Below, in pieces: positions 16,245 through 26,092 of a stretch of 64,000 bases of DNA. The stretch spans positions 8,285 to 72,284 of the forward strand of contig JAAYIN010000045.1 of assembly GCA_012523405.1 (NCBI GenBank), given 5' to 3'. This stretch comes from Clostridiales bacterium. Its GTDB lineage: Bacteria; Bacillota; Clostridia; Christensenellales; Aristaeellaceae. Made by a program: the position numbers and the translations under genes. The notes below the pieces were generated by a model that saw only the letters and a program-made list of their open reading frames with translations, was not told where the DNA came from and did no database searches. Position 1 is the first letter of the stretch; every line of letters starts with the position of its first letter.

Positions 16245-17924
16245 ATGAAGAAAATTCTTAGTCTAGTTCTTACTCTAGCAATGCTTTTGAGCATGGTAAG
16301 CGTCATTGGCGCAAGCGCTGAAGAAGCGGTTGGCTACACCTATGGCGACACATTCTACTCAGAAGAGCCCGTAACCTACAGCATGTATTTTAGCGATGCA
16401 AGCTGGTACCCCATGGTCGAAACTTGGGAAACAGAGGGCGTTTTCAAGAAGATTGAAGAGCTAACCAACGTAACCATCGATGTTCATTCTTATGACAGCG
16501 GCGATTACAACAGCAAGACAACCCTAGAGATCAACGCTGGACAGTCCGCATACATCATTCCTAAAGTGTATGACGAATCCCCCTTTGTTGACGGCGGCGC
16601 AGTTGTAGCAGTATCTGACTACGTTCAGTATATGCCCAATTACACCAATTTCTACGAGAGGTACGACCTCAAGGGCGACGTTGACACCATCGTTCGTTCC
16701 AATGGCAGCTACTATCGTCTACCTGGCATGCACGAGACTCCTTTGCAGGATTACACCCTCATGATCCGTGATGATATCTTCCAGGCAGCTGGCTATGATG
16801 TAGCAGCTCTTGAGAAGGACTGGACATGGGACGACCTTTGCGAGATCCTTGTCGGCGTAAAAGCTTATTTGGTAGCAGAAGGCAAGATCACAGAAGACAC
16901 TTACATCTGGAGCGACCTGTGGTGCGGCAGTGAGAGCGGACAGGGCAACGGCGGTAACCTGCTGAAACTTATCGCAGCAAGCTATGACGTTCCTTCCGGT
17001 TGGGCAGTCGGCAACGGCATGATGTTCGACGCTGAGAAGAATGAATGGTATTTCGCTTCCACAACCGAAGATTACAAGGAATTCGTTACTGTTGCTAACA
17101 AGTTCATCAGCAATGGCATCCTTGATCCCGAAACCTTCACACAGGATGATACCACCGCAACCAACAAGTTCTATAACGGCGAGACCGTTATCATGAGCAT
17201 GAACCGCGGTCAGTACACCACATGGATGAGCGGCCTTGAGACCGGTCTTGGCGAAGGCAACTACTCCACATATGTTACTGTTTATCCTAAAGGCTCCAAT
17301 AACTACGTGTCTGAGAACAGCCGTCTTGAGTGCGGTGTGATGATCTCAAACAATGCACTTAAAGCGCTTGGCGAAGATGGCTTCATCAAGATGATGCGCT
17401 TTGTTGACTGGCTCTGGTATGGCGAGCAGGCTTATGACCTCACCAAGTGGGGCGTTGAAGGCGAGACCTACGAAGTCGTAACTGACGAAGCAGGCAACGC
17501 TGTCAAGCAGCTTCTACCCGGCTTCAAGTGCGGCGGTCTTGGTATCTCCGGCGCTGAAGAAGATGTTGACATTCGCTTGCAATGGGGCTATGCAGGCGGT
17601 AACTTCTGGTATGGCCACTCCTTGGCACAGAACAGCGACAATTTCATTCCCGTCATTCGTGATTATTTCAACCGCATGGGCGAGTATCGTGACATCCGTC
17701 CGATCAACCCCTCTGTTGTAACAACCGAAGATGAGAACGAGCAGATGAACCTTTGGAAGACCCCTCTCATTGACAACGTCAATGCTTGGACACTTCAGTT
17801 CGTCACCGGACAAAAAGACATCACAGCTGATTGGGATGCTTATGTAGCAAGCTGCAACGGCCTCAATGCTGAGTCTTTGGCTCAGATGACCAACGAAGCA
17901 TACGCTCGTACACAGGCTGAATAA
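16245..17924 (+). CDS. Extracellular solute-binding protein (large LplA-type)
   Basis: RBS GGAAGGGGA, then the ATG at 16245. Signal peptide MKKILSLVLTLAMLLSMVSVIGASA. About 560 aa, typical of LplA-like oligosaccharide binders. Confidence 0.9.
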   Translation: MKKILSLVLTLAMLLSMVSVIGASAEEAVGYTYGDTFYSEEPVTYSMYFSDASWYPMVETWETEGVFKKIEELTNVTIDVHSYDSGDYNSKTTLEINAGQSAYIIPKVYDESPFVDGGAVVAVSDYVQYMPNYTNFYERYDLKGDVDTIVRSNGSYYRLPGMHETPLQDYTLMIRDDIFQAAGYDVAALEKDWTWDDLCEILVGVKAYLVAEGKITEDTYIWSDLWCGSESGQGNGGNLLKLIAASYDVPSGWAVGNGMMFDAEKNEWYFASTTEDYKEFVTVANKFISNGILDPETFTQDDTTATNKFYNGETVIMSMNRGQYTTWMSGLETGLGEGNYSTYVTVYPKGSNNYVSENSRLECGVMISNNALKALGEDGFIKMMRFVDWLWYGEQAYDLTKWGVEGETYEVVTDEAGNAVKQLLPGFKCGGLGISGAEEDVDIRLQWGYAGGNFWYGHSLAQNSDNFIPVIRDYFNRMGEYRDIRPINPSVVTTEDENEQMNLWKTPLIDNVNAWTLQFVTGQKDITADWDAYVASCNGLNAESLAQMTNEAYARTQAE

Positions 17925-17942
17925 GCTACTTTAGAAACTCTC

Positions 17943-17970
17943 GGGGCAGCGTTGAGCTGCCCCTTCTTTT
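17943..17970 (+). terminator. Rho-independent terminator or attenuator after the SBP gene
   Basis: Stem ggggcagc/gctgcccc, 5-nt loop, then TTCTTTT. Confidence 0.8.
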
Positions 17971-18020
17971 ATGCTAAACTATCATTGAGATTATTCAAAT
18001 GTAGAAAGGTGACCAACAGA

Positions 18021-21000
18021 ATGCAGCAGCTTTTGAATGGTGGCTGGTCGTTTTGCAAGATGCCGCTTGGCAGCGAAATTGAGGATTTACAGGGAGCTCA
18101 TTGGGCGAATGTGGATTTGCCTCATGATTGGCTGATATCCCAGTCGCGTCTGTACCAATCTAGCGACGGCTGGTATACCCGCACGCTTCATATTGAGGAT
18201 GCAGCAGACAGCTACTATGTGCTGCGCTTTGAGGGCGTTTATATGGACGCTGCTGTCCTTGTCAATGGGCAGGAGGCAATGAGCCATGCATACGGTTATA
18301 CGACCTTTGACTGCCATATGACGCCGTTTTTGCATGCGGGTGAAAACACGATCCATGTGCATGTGCGCTATCAAGCCCCTAACTCGCGTTGGTACTCGGG
18401 CGCAGGTATATTCCGCGATGTGACTCTGCATGTACTGAGCAACTATCATATCGCGATGGATGGGCTATATGTGCAGGCAACGGTGAACGGCGATGAGGCT
18501 TTTGTGGCAATAGAAACGGATCTGGAGAGCTTTGAAGCGGGCAGCTCTTTGCCAAAGACGCTTACCCACCAGCTGTATAGCCCGCAGGGAGTGTGCATTG
18601 CGGCAAGGACAGCGGAGGTTTGCCATGCCTCTGATCAAACCGGGAAATGGGCGGGATGCGTTGGGATGACGCTTGCTGTTCACGAGCCTGAGCTTTGGAG
18701 CTGCGAAGCGCCGACACTCTATCGTTTGGTAACGACGCTTGGCGATCAAACCTTCACGACCAATGTCGGTTTCCGCACCATAGAGATGACCGCAGACCGC
18801 GGTTTCTTCCTCAATGGCGAGAATATCAAGCTCAAGGGTACCTGTCTGCATCACGACCTTGGAGCACTGGGTGCAGCGTACAGCAGCGCAGCAGCACGCA
18901 GGCAGCTTGTCATCATGCAGCGCATGGGCGTGAATGCACTTCGCACCGCTCACAACCCGCCTGCCAGCGATGTGATGAACCTGTGCGACGAGCTGGGTAT
19001 ATTGGTGATCGATGAGCTGCTGGATATGTGGGAGCGTCCAAAGACCTCCTATGACTATGCGCGATTCTTCGGCGACTGCTACAAGGCGGATGTGCGCAGC
19101 TGGGTGAGGCGTGACCGCAATCATCCGTCCCTCATCATGTGGTCGATTGGCAATGAAATTCTTGACACCCATATTGACGGACGCGGGCTTGAAGTCACCA
19201 AGATGCTCGCAGCTGAGGTGATCAAGCATGATCCAAAGGGCAATGCAAAGACCACTATTGGGTCGAACTTCATGCCTTGGCAGGGCGCACAGAACTGCGC
19301 GGACGAGGTGGAGGTTGCAGGGTATAACTATGCTGAGAAATACTACGATCAGCATCATGCGCAGCACCCAAACTGGATCATCTATGGAAGCGAAACCGCA
19401 TCGACGCTTTCAAGCCGCGGTATCTACCGCTTTCCGATAGAAGCACCCATTCTCTCAGACAACGATCTGCAATGCTCGTCCCTTGGCAACAGCACGAGCA
19501 GCTGGGGCACAAAGAGCCTCGAACTATGCATTGTGGATGATTTGAATACACCATATTCGCTGGGTCAATTTCTCTGGTCAGGCATTGACTACATAGGCGA
19601 ACCCACGCCTTATTTCACTCGAAATTGCTATTTTGGGCAAGCGGACACCGCATGCTTTGAAAAAGACTCGTACTATTTGTTCCAATCACTGTGGACAAGC
19701 AGCGAGCATAATCCTATGGTGCATATTGGCGTGATTTGGGATTTCAATGCAGGTCAGTTGATTGATGTGCCGGTGTACAGCAATGCGCACGAGGTGGAGC
19801 TGCTGCTCAATGGTCAGTCCATTGGTCGCAAGAAGCTTGATCGCCATATCGTAGAAAACTGCGACGCCAAGTGGAAAGTCCCTTATCAGGCGGGCACGCT
19901 GGAAGCACGAGCCTATGATGAGCAAGGTAACCTTATTGCGCATGATGTGCAAAAGAGCTTTGGGAACGCTGCATCCATCATATTGACCATGCAAAACGAA
20001 ACCCTGGATGCTAGCGGTGAGGACATCGCATTTGTTGAAATTACAATGGCAGATGCGGATGGCAATCCCGCTCGGAATGCTAACAATCGAGTTTTAGTCT
20101 CGGTAGAAGGCGAAGGGCGATTGCTCGGCATGGATAATGGGGATAGCACCGATCTTGACGGGTATCAGGTGAATTCCCGCCGCCTGTTCAGCGGCAAGCT
20201 CCTTGCTATGGTCGCGGCCAACCAGCAGGCTGGCGAGATTGTGGTGAGGGTTTCATCGGCTGGTCTTATGGATGCTGAGCTAAGGTTGCAAAGCAGCGAA
20301 GCAACCATGCGAGATGGTATTGCATGCAGCCGCAGCGTTGAGCACGCTCCTGCTAATGCGGAAATCCCCATTCGAAAGCTCGATATCACCATCCTTGGCG
20401 GCGATCACCTAAGCGCCGAGAACCCAAAATGCGAGGTGGTGACGAAGATTATGCCAGATAACGCTACCTACGGCGACATCACATTTTGCATGACCAATGA
20501 ACTCGGCATCAATACGCCCTGTGCTAGCATCGTGCGAGAGGATGGACGGGTATTTGTGCAGGCGGCAGGCGACGGAATGGTATATCTGCGCGCTATGGCG
20601 AATAACGGCTATGACCATCCACGCATTATTTCGCAAAAGGAAATCACCATCACAGGCATGGGCACGCCGCTCCTTGATCCGTATGAGCTCATTTTAGGCG
20701 GCATGTATGACCTATCGGAGGGCGATGTTGGTCCGGGGAATGAGAAGGGCGTAGCGACCGCGCGTGATGGGTGGAGCATGGTAGGCTTTCAGAATGTGGA
20801 TTTTGGTGACGCTGGAGCGGATGAAATCACATTGCCTATCTTTGCGCTCAATGATGAGATGTATCCGATTCAGATATTCAGCGGTGATCCGCGCAAGGAT
20901 GGAAGCGAGAGGATCGGCATCATCAATTATCAGAAGCCATCGATTTGGAATGTTTATCAAGAGGTAACGCATCGCTTTGATACGCCGCTTTATGGTGTGC

Positions 21001-21446
21001 AGACGATTTGCTTTGCACTGGAAAAAAAGGTGCATATCAAGGGCTTCTCGTTTGCACGCAGGATGAAGGCGTATACAGCGCTTTCAGCAACTCGCTGCGA
21101 CTCTGTCTATGGCGATCAATTTGATAAGACAGAGCAAGGCATCGAATCGATTGGTAACAACGTATCCATTGTATATGAGAACATGAACTTTGACGGCGAG
21201 AAAACGGCAGCATTATCGATTTGCGGCAAGACGTCTTTGACCAGCCAGCCGATTACGCTGCGCATGCTAAACCATGAGGGGGAAGAGCTATCCCAATTGG
21301 TGGAGTTCAAGCCATCGGACGATGAAAGCACACAACGCTTCACGGTCAGCGTATTGCATGGTCAGTGCAGCGTTAGCCTTGTGTTCTTACCGGGAAGCCA
21401 GTTTGATTTCTTTGGTCTTCAGTTCACAAGAAAATCATCCATTTAG
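18021..21446 (+). CDS. GH2 beta-galactosidase with extended C-terminal accessory domains
   Basis: GH2 blocks: WANVDLPHDW, acid/base region RNHPSLIMWSIGNE, nucleophile region NWIIYGSETAS. About 1140 aa. The ATG at 18021 was chosen over the ORF-track start. Confidence 0.9.
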   Translation: MQQLLNGGWSFCKMPLGSEIEDLQGAHWANVDLPHDWLISQSRLYQSSDGWYTRTLHIEDAADSYYVLRFEGVYMDAAVLVNGQEAMSHAYGYTTFDCHMTPFLHAGENTIHVHVRYQAPNSRWYSGAGIFRDVTLHVLSNYHIAMDGLYVQATVNGDEAFVAIETDLESFEAGSSLPKTLTHQLYSPQGVCIAARTAEVCHASDQTGKWAGCVGMTLAVHEPELWSCEAPTLYRLVTTLGDQTFTTNVGFRTIEMTADRGFFLNGENIKLKGTCLHHDLGALGAAYSSAAARRQLVIMQRMGVNALRTAHNPPASDVMNLCDELGILVIDELLDMWERPKTSYDYARFFGDCYKADVRSWVRRDRNHPSLIMWSIGNEILDTHIDGRGLEVTKMLAAEVIKHDPKGNAKTTIGSNFMPWQGAQNCADEVEVAGYNYAEKYYDQHHAQHPNWIIYGSETASTLSSRGIYRFPIEAPILSDNDLQCSSLGNSTSSWGTKSLELCIVDDLNTPYSLGQFLWSGIDYIGEPTPYFTRNCYFGQADTACFEKDSYYLFQSLWTSSEHNPMVHIGVIWDFNAGQLIDVPVYSNAHEVELLLNGQSIGRKKLDRHIVENCDAKWKVPYQAGTLEARAYDEQGNLIAHDVQKSFGNAASIILTMQNETLDASGEDIAFVEITMADADGNPARNANNRVLVSVEGEGRLLGMDNGDSTDLDGYQVNSRRLFSGKLLAMVAANQQAGEIVVRVSSAGLMDAELRLQSSEATMRDGIACSRSVEHAPANAEIPIRKLDITILGGDHLSAENPKCEVVTKIMPDNATYGDITFCMTNELGINTPCASIVREDGRVFVQAAGDGMVYLRAMANNGYDHPRIISQKEITITGMGTPLLDPYELILGGMYDLSEGDVGPGNEKGVATARDGWSMVGFQNVDFGDAGADEITLPIFALNDEMYPIQIFSGDPRKDGSERIGIINYQKPSIWNVYQEVTHRFDTPLYGVQTICFALEKKVHIKGFSFARRMKAYTALSATRCDSVYGDQFDKTEQGIESIGNNVSIVYENMNFDGEKTAALSICGKTSLTSQPITLRMLNHEGEELSQLVEFKPSDDESTQRFTVSVLHGQCSVSLVFLPGSQFDFFGLQFTRKSSI

Positions 21447-21448
21447 GA

Positions 21449-21494
21449 AAATACCGCCGCATGAGGAAAATCATCCTTATGCGGCGGTATTTTC
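21449..21494 (+). terminator. Rho-independent terminator after the GH2 gene
   Basis: 12-bp stem ataccgccgcat/atgcggcggtat followed by TTTTC. Confidence 0.8.
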
Positions 21495-21521
21495 ATCTGC
21501 GGAATTCTGCAGTCTGAATAC

Positions 21522-21552
21522 AAAAAACACTCTATGGCTATGCCATAGAGTG
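21522..21552 (-). terminator. Rho-independent terminator of the convergent membrane-protein gene
   Basis: 10-bp stem cactctatgg/ccatagagtg. The A6 run at 21522-27 on + gives a U-run on the - strand. Confidence 0.75.
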
Positions 21553-21583
21553 CATGAATGCTGAACAGACGAATGATACCATA

Positions 21584-22099
21584 TTAATCTTTAAAATTGG
21601 GGAGAGCCTTTTCCAGCAATCGAATCAGAACAATGGCGACTACCAAGCCGATTGCGCCTTGTACGAGGTTGCCGGGGATGCTTGCAGAGGCGGCGAGGCC
21701 TTTGCCGAGCAGGAGGCAGCTATAGAGGAAATAACCAATTACCATCCAAATTTCTGCCGCAAGACCGCTAAGCGTGCGCTTAAGGTCTACATTCTTCATC
21801 TTGGATTTGCTAAGCGCGGAGAATACGCCGCAAGCGATTACTGCCATGAGTGCCTTGATAACAAAGGTGCCGGGCACGTAATGTGTATAGCCTGTCAGTA
21901 AATCTGCTAAAGCCGAGCCAACCCCTGAAACCAATGCGCCATAGACTGGACCTAGTTGCCATGCACTAATCAGCACAATACAGTCGCCTAGATTTACGTA
22001 GCCGGTCATGGGGGAGGGAATCTGAATGATCATCGTCGCAACGCAGCATAGTGAGGTATAGAGAGCTGCAAGAACGATTTTGCGAAGTTTCTGATCCAT
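21584..22099 (-). CDS. Small polytopic membrane protein, ECF S-component-like / Gx-transporter (Hpre_diP_synt_I)-like
   Basis: AAGGAAG lies 8 nt upstream of the ATG at 22099. 171 aa with Gly-rich TM helices. It sits directly downstream of a NusG-domain-II gene, a pairing I recall for this family. The family call is tentative. Confidence 0.55.
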   Translation of the reverse strand: MDQKLRKIVLAALYTSLCCVATMIIQIPSPMTGYVNLGDCIVLISAWQLGPVYGALVSGVGSALADLLTGYTHYVPGTFVIKALMAVIACGVFSALSKSKMKNVDLKRTLSGLAAEIWMVIGYFLYSCLLLGKGLAASASIPGNLVQGAIGLVVAIVLIRLLEKALPNFKD

Positions 22100-22220
22100 T
22101 GGAGCACTTCCTTTTGTCGTGATATATTTCAGCATTCGGCTGATTATACAACCAAATCCATCATTTGTAAATCAAAGGACAACGGATGAACAATCCATCA
22201 GGTGAAAAAACATCCAAGGC

Positions 22221-22766
22221 TTACTGGGTCATCGCGGCCGCTTCCTCAGCTGTTAATAGTTCAAGCATGACCTGATTGGGAAGGCATACGATCATGTTTT
22301 GAAGCACGCGCAAATCCCTGTTATCAAGCGTGACTGTGCCTTGCTGCACGCAGTCCTGATTATCACAGGAAGCGGACTTCATGCACACGCTGTCGCGGGT
22401 TACATGCACTACATTCTCGGTAGATTGGTCATTTTGATACAGCGTGAAGTCGCCTTCCTCAAGCAAAGGAATGGGCTCGTAGCTGACATCGCCAACCGAT
22501 ACAAGCAGGTAGGCAGCGGCGGGCGCTGCGGCTGCTTCATCTGTAGCGGCAGGCGCGCCGGTGGTCACAGGCTCGTCGCTTGCTTGGGGCGCTTGCGCTG
22601 GTTCTTGGGATGGCGTAGGCTCGGATGTGACGATCACATCATCGGGAAGGGTCTGAAGATTATCGGGTGTTTGGGGATTGCGCTGCATAAAATACGCAGT
22701 AGCGCCTAGGGCAGCGGCGATCAGAATCACGACGACAATGATCAGAAAGTCATTCTTCTTTAACAT
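22221..22766 (-). CDS. Membrane-anchored NusG-domain-II (DUF1312)-like protein
   Basis: N-terminal TM helix, a Pro/Ala/Glu-rich linker, and a C-terminal beta domain with VCMKSASCDNQDCVQQG...IVCLPN. Confidence 0.6.
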   Translation of the reverse strand: MLKKNDFLIIVVVILIAAALGATAYFMQRNPQTPDNLQTLPDDVIVTSEPTPSQEPAQAPQASDEPVTTGAPAATDEAAAAPAAAYLLVSVGDVSYEPIPLLEEGDFTLYQNDQSTENVVHVTRDSVCMKSASCDNQDCVQQGTVTLDNRDLRVLQNMIVCLPNQVMLELLTAEEAAAMTQ

Positions 22767-22883
22767 TGAGTTAGCTCCTTGTTATACAAGCTTTAAATTG
22801 ATGGAGAGAAAGCTTGGCATATGATTGGTTTAAACAGCCCAACTTTCAAACTAGGAAAGCTGGGCTGTTGGTATCTTGCGGGA

Positions 22884-24308
22884 TTATGCTTCGTCTCTTT
22901 TGCGCCTTGCCACTTCGTCTGCAACAACCATGCCTGTAACGCCTGCCTGCATGAGACCGCGCGTGATGCCTGCGCCATCGCCGATGGTGAACAGACCCTT
23001 CACTGAGGTTTCAAAGTTGTTGTCAACAAGCACCTTGCTGGAATAGAATTTGACCTCTACGCCGTACAGAAGTGTGTTTTGGCTGTAAAGACCGGGCGCA
23101 ACATTGTCAAAGGCACGAAGCGCTTCAACGATGCTGGTGAGGTGACGAGCGGGAAGCACGAAGCTCAGGTCACCCGGAACAGCGGTTGAAAGGGTCGGAA
23201 CAGTGGTGGACTTCTTGAGGCGGGATTCATCTGTGCGGCGACCCTTCAGGAGGTCACCCAGACGCTGCACCATGATCGGACCGCCTGTCAGCATATTGCC
23301 AAGCTGCGCGATATAGCGGCCGTATTCGATGGGCTGGTTGAAGGGCTCGGTGAACTTGGTTGACACGAGCAGCGCGAAGTTGGTGTTGCCTGTGCGCTTT
23401 TCCTGTGCCTCGTAGCTGTGACCGTTGACAACTGCGATGCCGCCCTCATAGTATTCTTGACTAACTTCTCCACCGGGATTCATGCAGAAGGTACGCACCT
23501 TGTTTTCGTACGTGTCGCTGTAATAAACCAGCTTCGCTTCATATAAATCCTTGGTCAGATGATCCATGATGGAGTTTGGAACCTCAACGCGAACGCCGAT
23601 ATCCACTTCGTTGTTTTGAGTAGGCAGACCGAGCTTGCCCATGGTTTCCGTCAGCCACTTTGCGCCGCCGCGGCCAGGGGCTGCGACTACGTAAGGTGCA
23701 TAGACGATTTCGGGCTCATGTCCGCGCTGGTGAATCTTGACGCCAACCACTTTGCCATCCTCGCATAGGATGTCCTCTGCATTGGTCAATTCAAGGAAGG
23801 TAGTGTTGGTTTCATTGACCAAATAGTCATGCATTGCACCCAGAACAGGACCTGCATTCTCCGTGCCAAGGTGGCGAACGGGGCAGGGTACGAGGTGAAT
23901 GTTATGGCGGCTGCACTCATAGGCGATTTCGTCCACGCGCGAGTTGTTCAGACCGTGGACGGTCTCGCTTGCGCCAAAGCGCAGATATTGCTCGTCTGCA
24001 TGATGGATGTATTCCATGGCACGCTTGTGGCCGATATAGTCGCTTACGTGACCGCCGACCTCGTCGCTGAGGGAGAGCTTGCCGTCGCTGAATGCGCCAG
24101 CGCCAGCCCAGCCATGGACGATGCCGCAGGGGTCGCAATGCACGCACTGTCCGTTAACGCGGGCAGGGCAGGTGCGGCGCGCGATCGCGCGGCCTGTATC
24201 GATGATGAGTAGATGGCTGTCGGGGCGTTTTTCCGTCATTTGTAGGGCGGTAAAGATACCTGCAGGACCTGCTCCAATGATGATCATATCAAAATGTTTG
24301 TTTTCCAT
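22884..24308 (-). CDS. FAD-dependent oxidoreductase (COG2509-like)
   Basis: Dinucleotide-binding motif [14 protein letters not shown] and a C-terminal GDGAGITRG motif. Confidence 0.8.
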   Translation of the reverse strand: MENKHFDMIIIGAGPAGIFTALQMTEKRPDSHLLIIDTGRAIARRTCPARVNGQCVHCDPCGIVHGWAGAGAFSDGKLSLSDEVGGHVSDYIGHKRAMEYIHHADEQYLRFGASETVHGLNNSRVDEIAYECSRHNIHLVPCPVRHLGTENAGPVLGAMHDYLVNETNTTFLELTNAEDILCEDGKVVGVKIHQRGHEPEIVYAPYVVAAPGRGGAKWLTETMGKLGLPTQNNEVDIGVRVEVPNSIMDHLTKDLYEAKLVYYSDTYENKVRTFCMNPGGEVSQEYYEGGIAVVNGHSYEAQEKRTGNTNFALLVSTKFTEPFNQPIEYGRYIAQLGNMLTGGPIMVQRLGDLLKGRRTDESRLKKSTTVPTLSTAVPGDLSFVLPARHLTSIVEALRAFDNVAPGLYSQNTLLYGVEVKFYSSKVLVDNNFETSVKGLFTIGDGAGITRGLMQAGVTGMVVADEVARRKRDEA

Positions 24309-24325
24309 GTGGATTCCTCACTTGC

Positions 24326-25345
24326 TTATTTTCCGTGTTCTGCAAAACCGACCTTGCGGCGAACTTTGCTTAGGGTGCGGCTTGCGAGCATTGATGCTTT
24401 TTCTGCGTTCTCGTCGAGGATGGAGTGCAGGTAAGGCTTGTCGGCCATGAGCTTCTTATGCTCGGTTTGCAGCGGCTCAAGGGTTTGGATGACGCAATCG
24501 GTCACGCGATCCTTGAGTGCACCGTAGCCCTTGCCTGAAAGCTCCGCTGTGATATCCTCAATGCTCCTATATTCAAGGGCTGCGATGATGCTAAGCAGAT
24601 TGCTGACACCGGGCTTGTTTTCCGTATCGAAGCGGATTTCGCCATCGCTGTCAGTGACGGCACGCTTGATTTTGCGGCGGATGACATCGGGCGGATCAAG
24701 AAGGTTGATGAAGGTATCTTCGGGATCGGATTTGCTCATCTTGCGCTCCGGCTCTTGCAGGCTCATCACGCGGCTGCCAACCTTGCCAAAGTAGCCTTCG
24801 GGAACGGTAAACACATTGCCGTGCACATTGTTGAAGCGTTGCGCGATATCACGCGTAAGCTCCAAATGCTGCTTCTGATCTGCACCGATAGGCACAAGAT
24901 CCGTTTGAAACAGCAGAATATCAGCAGCCATCAGTGCGGGATAGGTGAACAATCCTGCGTTGATATTGTCCTGATGCTTGGCACTTTTATCCTTAAACTG
25001 CGTCATGCGGCTCAGTTCGCCCATGTAGGTGTAGCAGTTGAGAATCCATGATAGCTCTGCATGCGCGGGTACATGGCTCTGGCAATAAATGATGTTCTTC
25101 TTGGGGTCAAGGCCTGATGCAATATAGATCGCAGCGAGCTCTAAGCAACGCTGGCGAAGCTTGGAAGCCTCTTGGCGCACGGTGATCGCATGCATATCGA
25201 CAACGCAGTAAAGACACTGAAACTCATCTTCGAGCAATTTGAAATTTCGAAGTGCGCCGATGTAGTTCCCCAGTGTCGATGTGCCTGAGGGCTGAATGCC
25301 TGAAAAAACTGTTTTTTTGCGGGTCGTGGGGGTGGCGGTTTCCAT
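24326..25345 (-). CDS. trpS: Tryptophan--tRNA ligase
   Basis: AAGGAGG lies 8 nt upstream of the ATG at 25345. FSGIQPSGTSTLGNYIGAL (TIGN-type HIGH motif), KMSKS, and strong overall resemblance to Bacillus TrpRS. Confidence 0.95.
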   Translation of the reverse strand: METATPTTRKKTVFSGIQPSGTSTLGNYIGALRNFKLLEDEFQCLYCVVDMHAITVRQEASKLRQRCLELAAIYIASGLDPKKNIIYCQSHVPAHAELSWILNCYTYMGELSRMTQFKDKSAKHQDNINAGLFTYPALMAADILLFQTDLVPIGADQKQHLELTRDIAQRFNNVHGNVFTVPEGYFGKVGSRVMSLQEPERKMSKSDPEDTFINLLDPPDVIRRKIKRAVTDSDGEIRFDTENKPGVSNLLSIIAALEYRSIEDITAELSGKGYGALKDRVTDCVIQTLEPLQTEHKKLMADKPYLHSILDENAEKASMLASRTLSKVRRKVGFAEHGK

Positions 25346-25381
25346 AGTATATTCCTCCTTGCGGCTCATAAGGCCGTACGA

Positions 25382-25720
25382 TTATAGCGTGAGTGTGAGC
25401 ACGATGCCCAATATGATCACTAGATTCCCGATGAGCTTTCGCCTGGAAATCTTCTCCTTGAGAAAGAAGTAGGACAGCAGCATCACATATAGGTAGCCTG
25501 AGGCTTCCAGCACGCTTGCGGTGGTTAAATCCAGCGTGCGAAGCGCCACCACATTGAGTAGCATACAGCCAAAGAAGAGCCCGTAAGCGAAAATAACAGG
25601 AAAGTTGAGATAGGTAGCAACGCCCTTGTACTTGGGGTTATCGGCGGCTTTCTTGAGGATGAGCTGGGAAAGCGCGGATACAAGAGGGGTGATAAGGTAG
25701 ATGATGACGCCGCTATTCAT
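25382..25720 (-). CDS. Half-size EamA/DMT membrane protein (ArnE/F-like)
   Basis: 112 aa with 4 predicted TM helices. It overlaps its paralogous upstream partner by 8 nt. Confidence 0.7.
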   Translation of the reverse strand: MNSGVIIYLITPLVSALSQLILKKAADNPKYKGVATYLNFPVIFAYGLFFGCMLLNVVALRTLDLTTASVLEASGYLYVMLLSYFFLKEKISRRKLIGNLVIILGIVLTLTL

Positions 25721-26078
25721 GATCAGTCACCACGAGCAATACTCCGATCAAGACTACAACAAGCCCGATCGCCTTTCCCCATGTAATGCTCTCGCCAAAA
25801 AAACAAATCCCAAATAAGTAAGTCCATAGCGTGCAGATACCCTTGTTGCTAAAAGCAAAGCTCAGGGGCATACGCTTGAGGGTTTGCTGCCATAGGATGG
25901 AGTAGATGAGCAGCGTCAGCACTTCCAGTCCCAGATATACAAAGGTGAGCTGAGTGTTTTGCAGCTCCATATTGATGCCGGCAAGCTTTGCAAATATGCT
26001 GACAACGGCATACAGAAAAAGTGTGCCGTGAAGCAGCAGCAACTGTTGAAGGGAGTGACGCGATCGTAGTTCGCTCAA
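25713..26078 (-). CDS. Half-size EamA/DMT membrane protein (ArnE/F-like)
   Basis: 121 aa with 4 predicted TM helices, paired with 25382-25720. Confidence 0.7.
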   Translation of the reverse strand: MSELRSRHSLQQLLLLHGTLFLYAVVSIFAKLAGINMELQNTQLTFVYLGLEVLTLLIYSILWQQTLKRMPLSFAFSNKGICTLWTYLFGICFFGESITWGKAIGLVVVLIGVLLVVTDHE

Positions 26079-26092
26079 GCTGATCCTTCCTT

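Noticed and set aside
18465-19367. 300-aa ORF antisense to the GH2 beta-galactosidase
   Set aside because: This is a long open frame on the opposite strand of a GC-rich gene, Arg/His/Cys-rich, with no motifs. It is a shadow ORF.
25346-25381. T-box leader upstream of trpS
   Set aside because: The gap is only 36 nt, far too short for a T-box.
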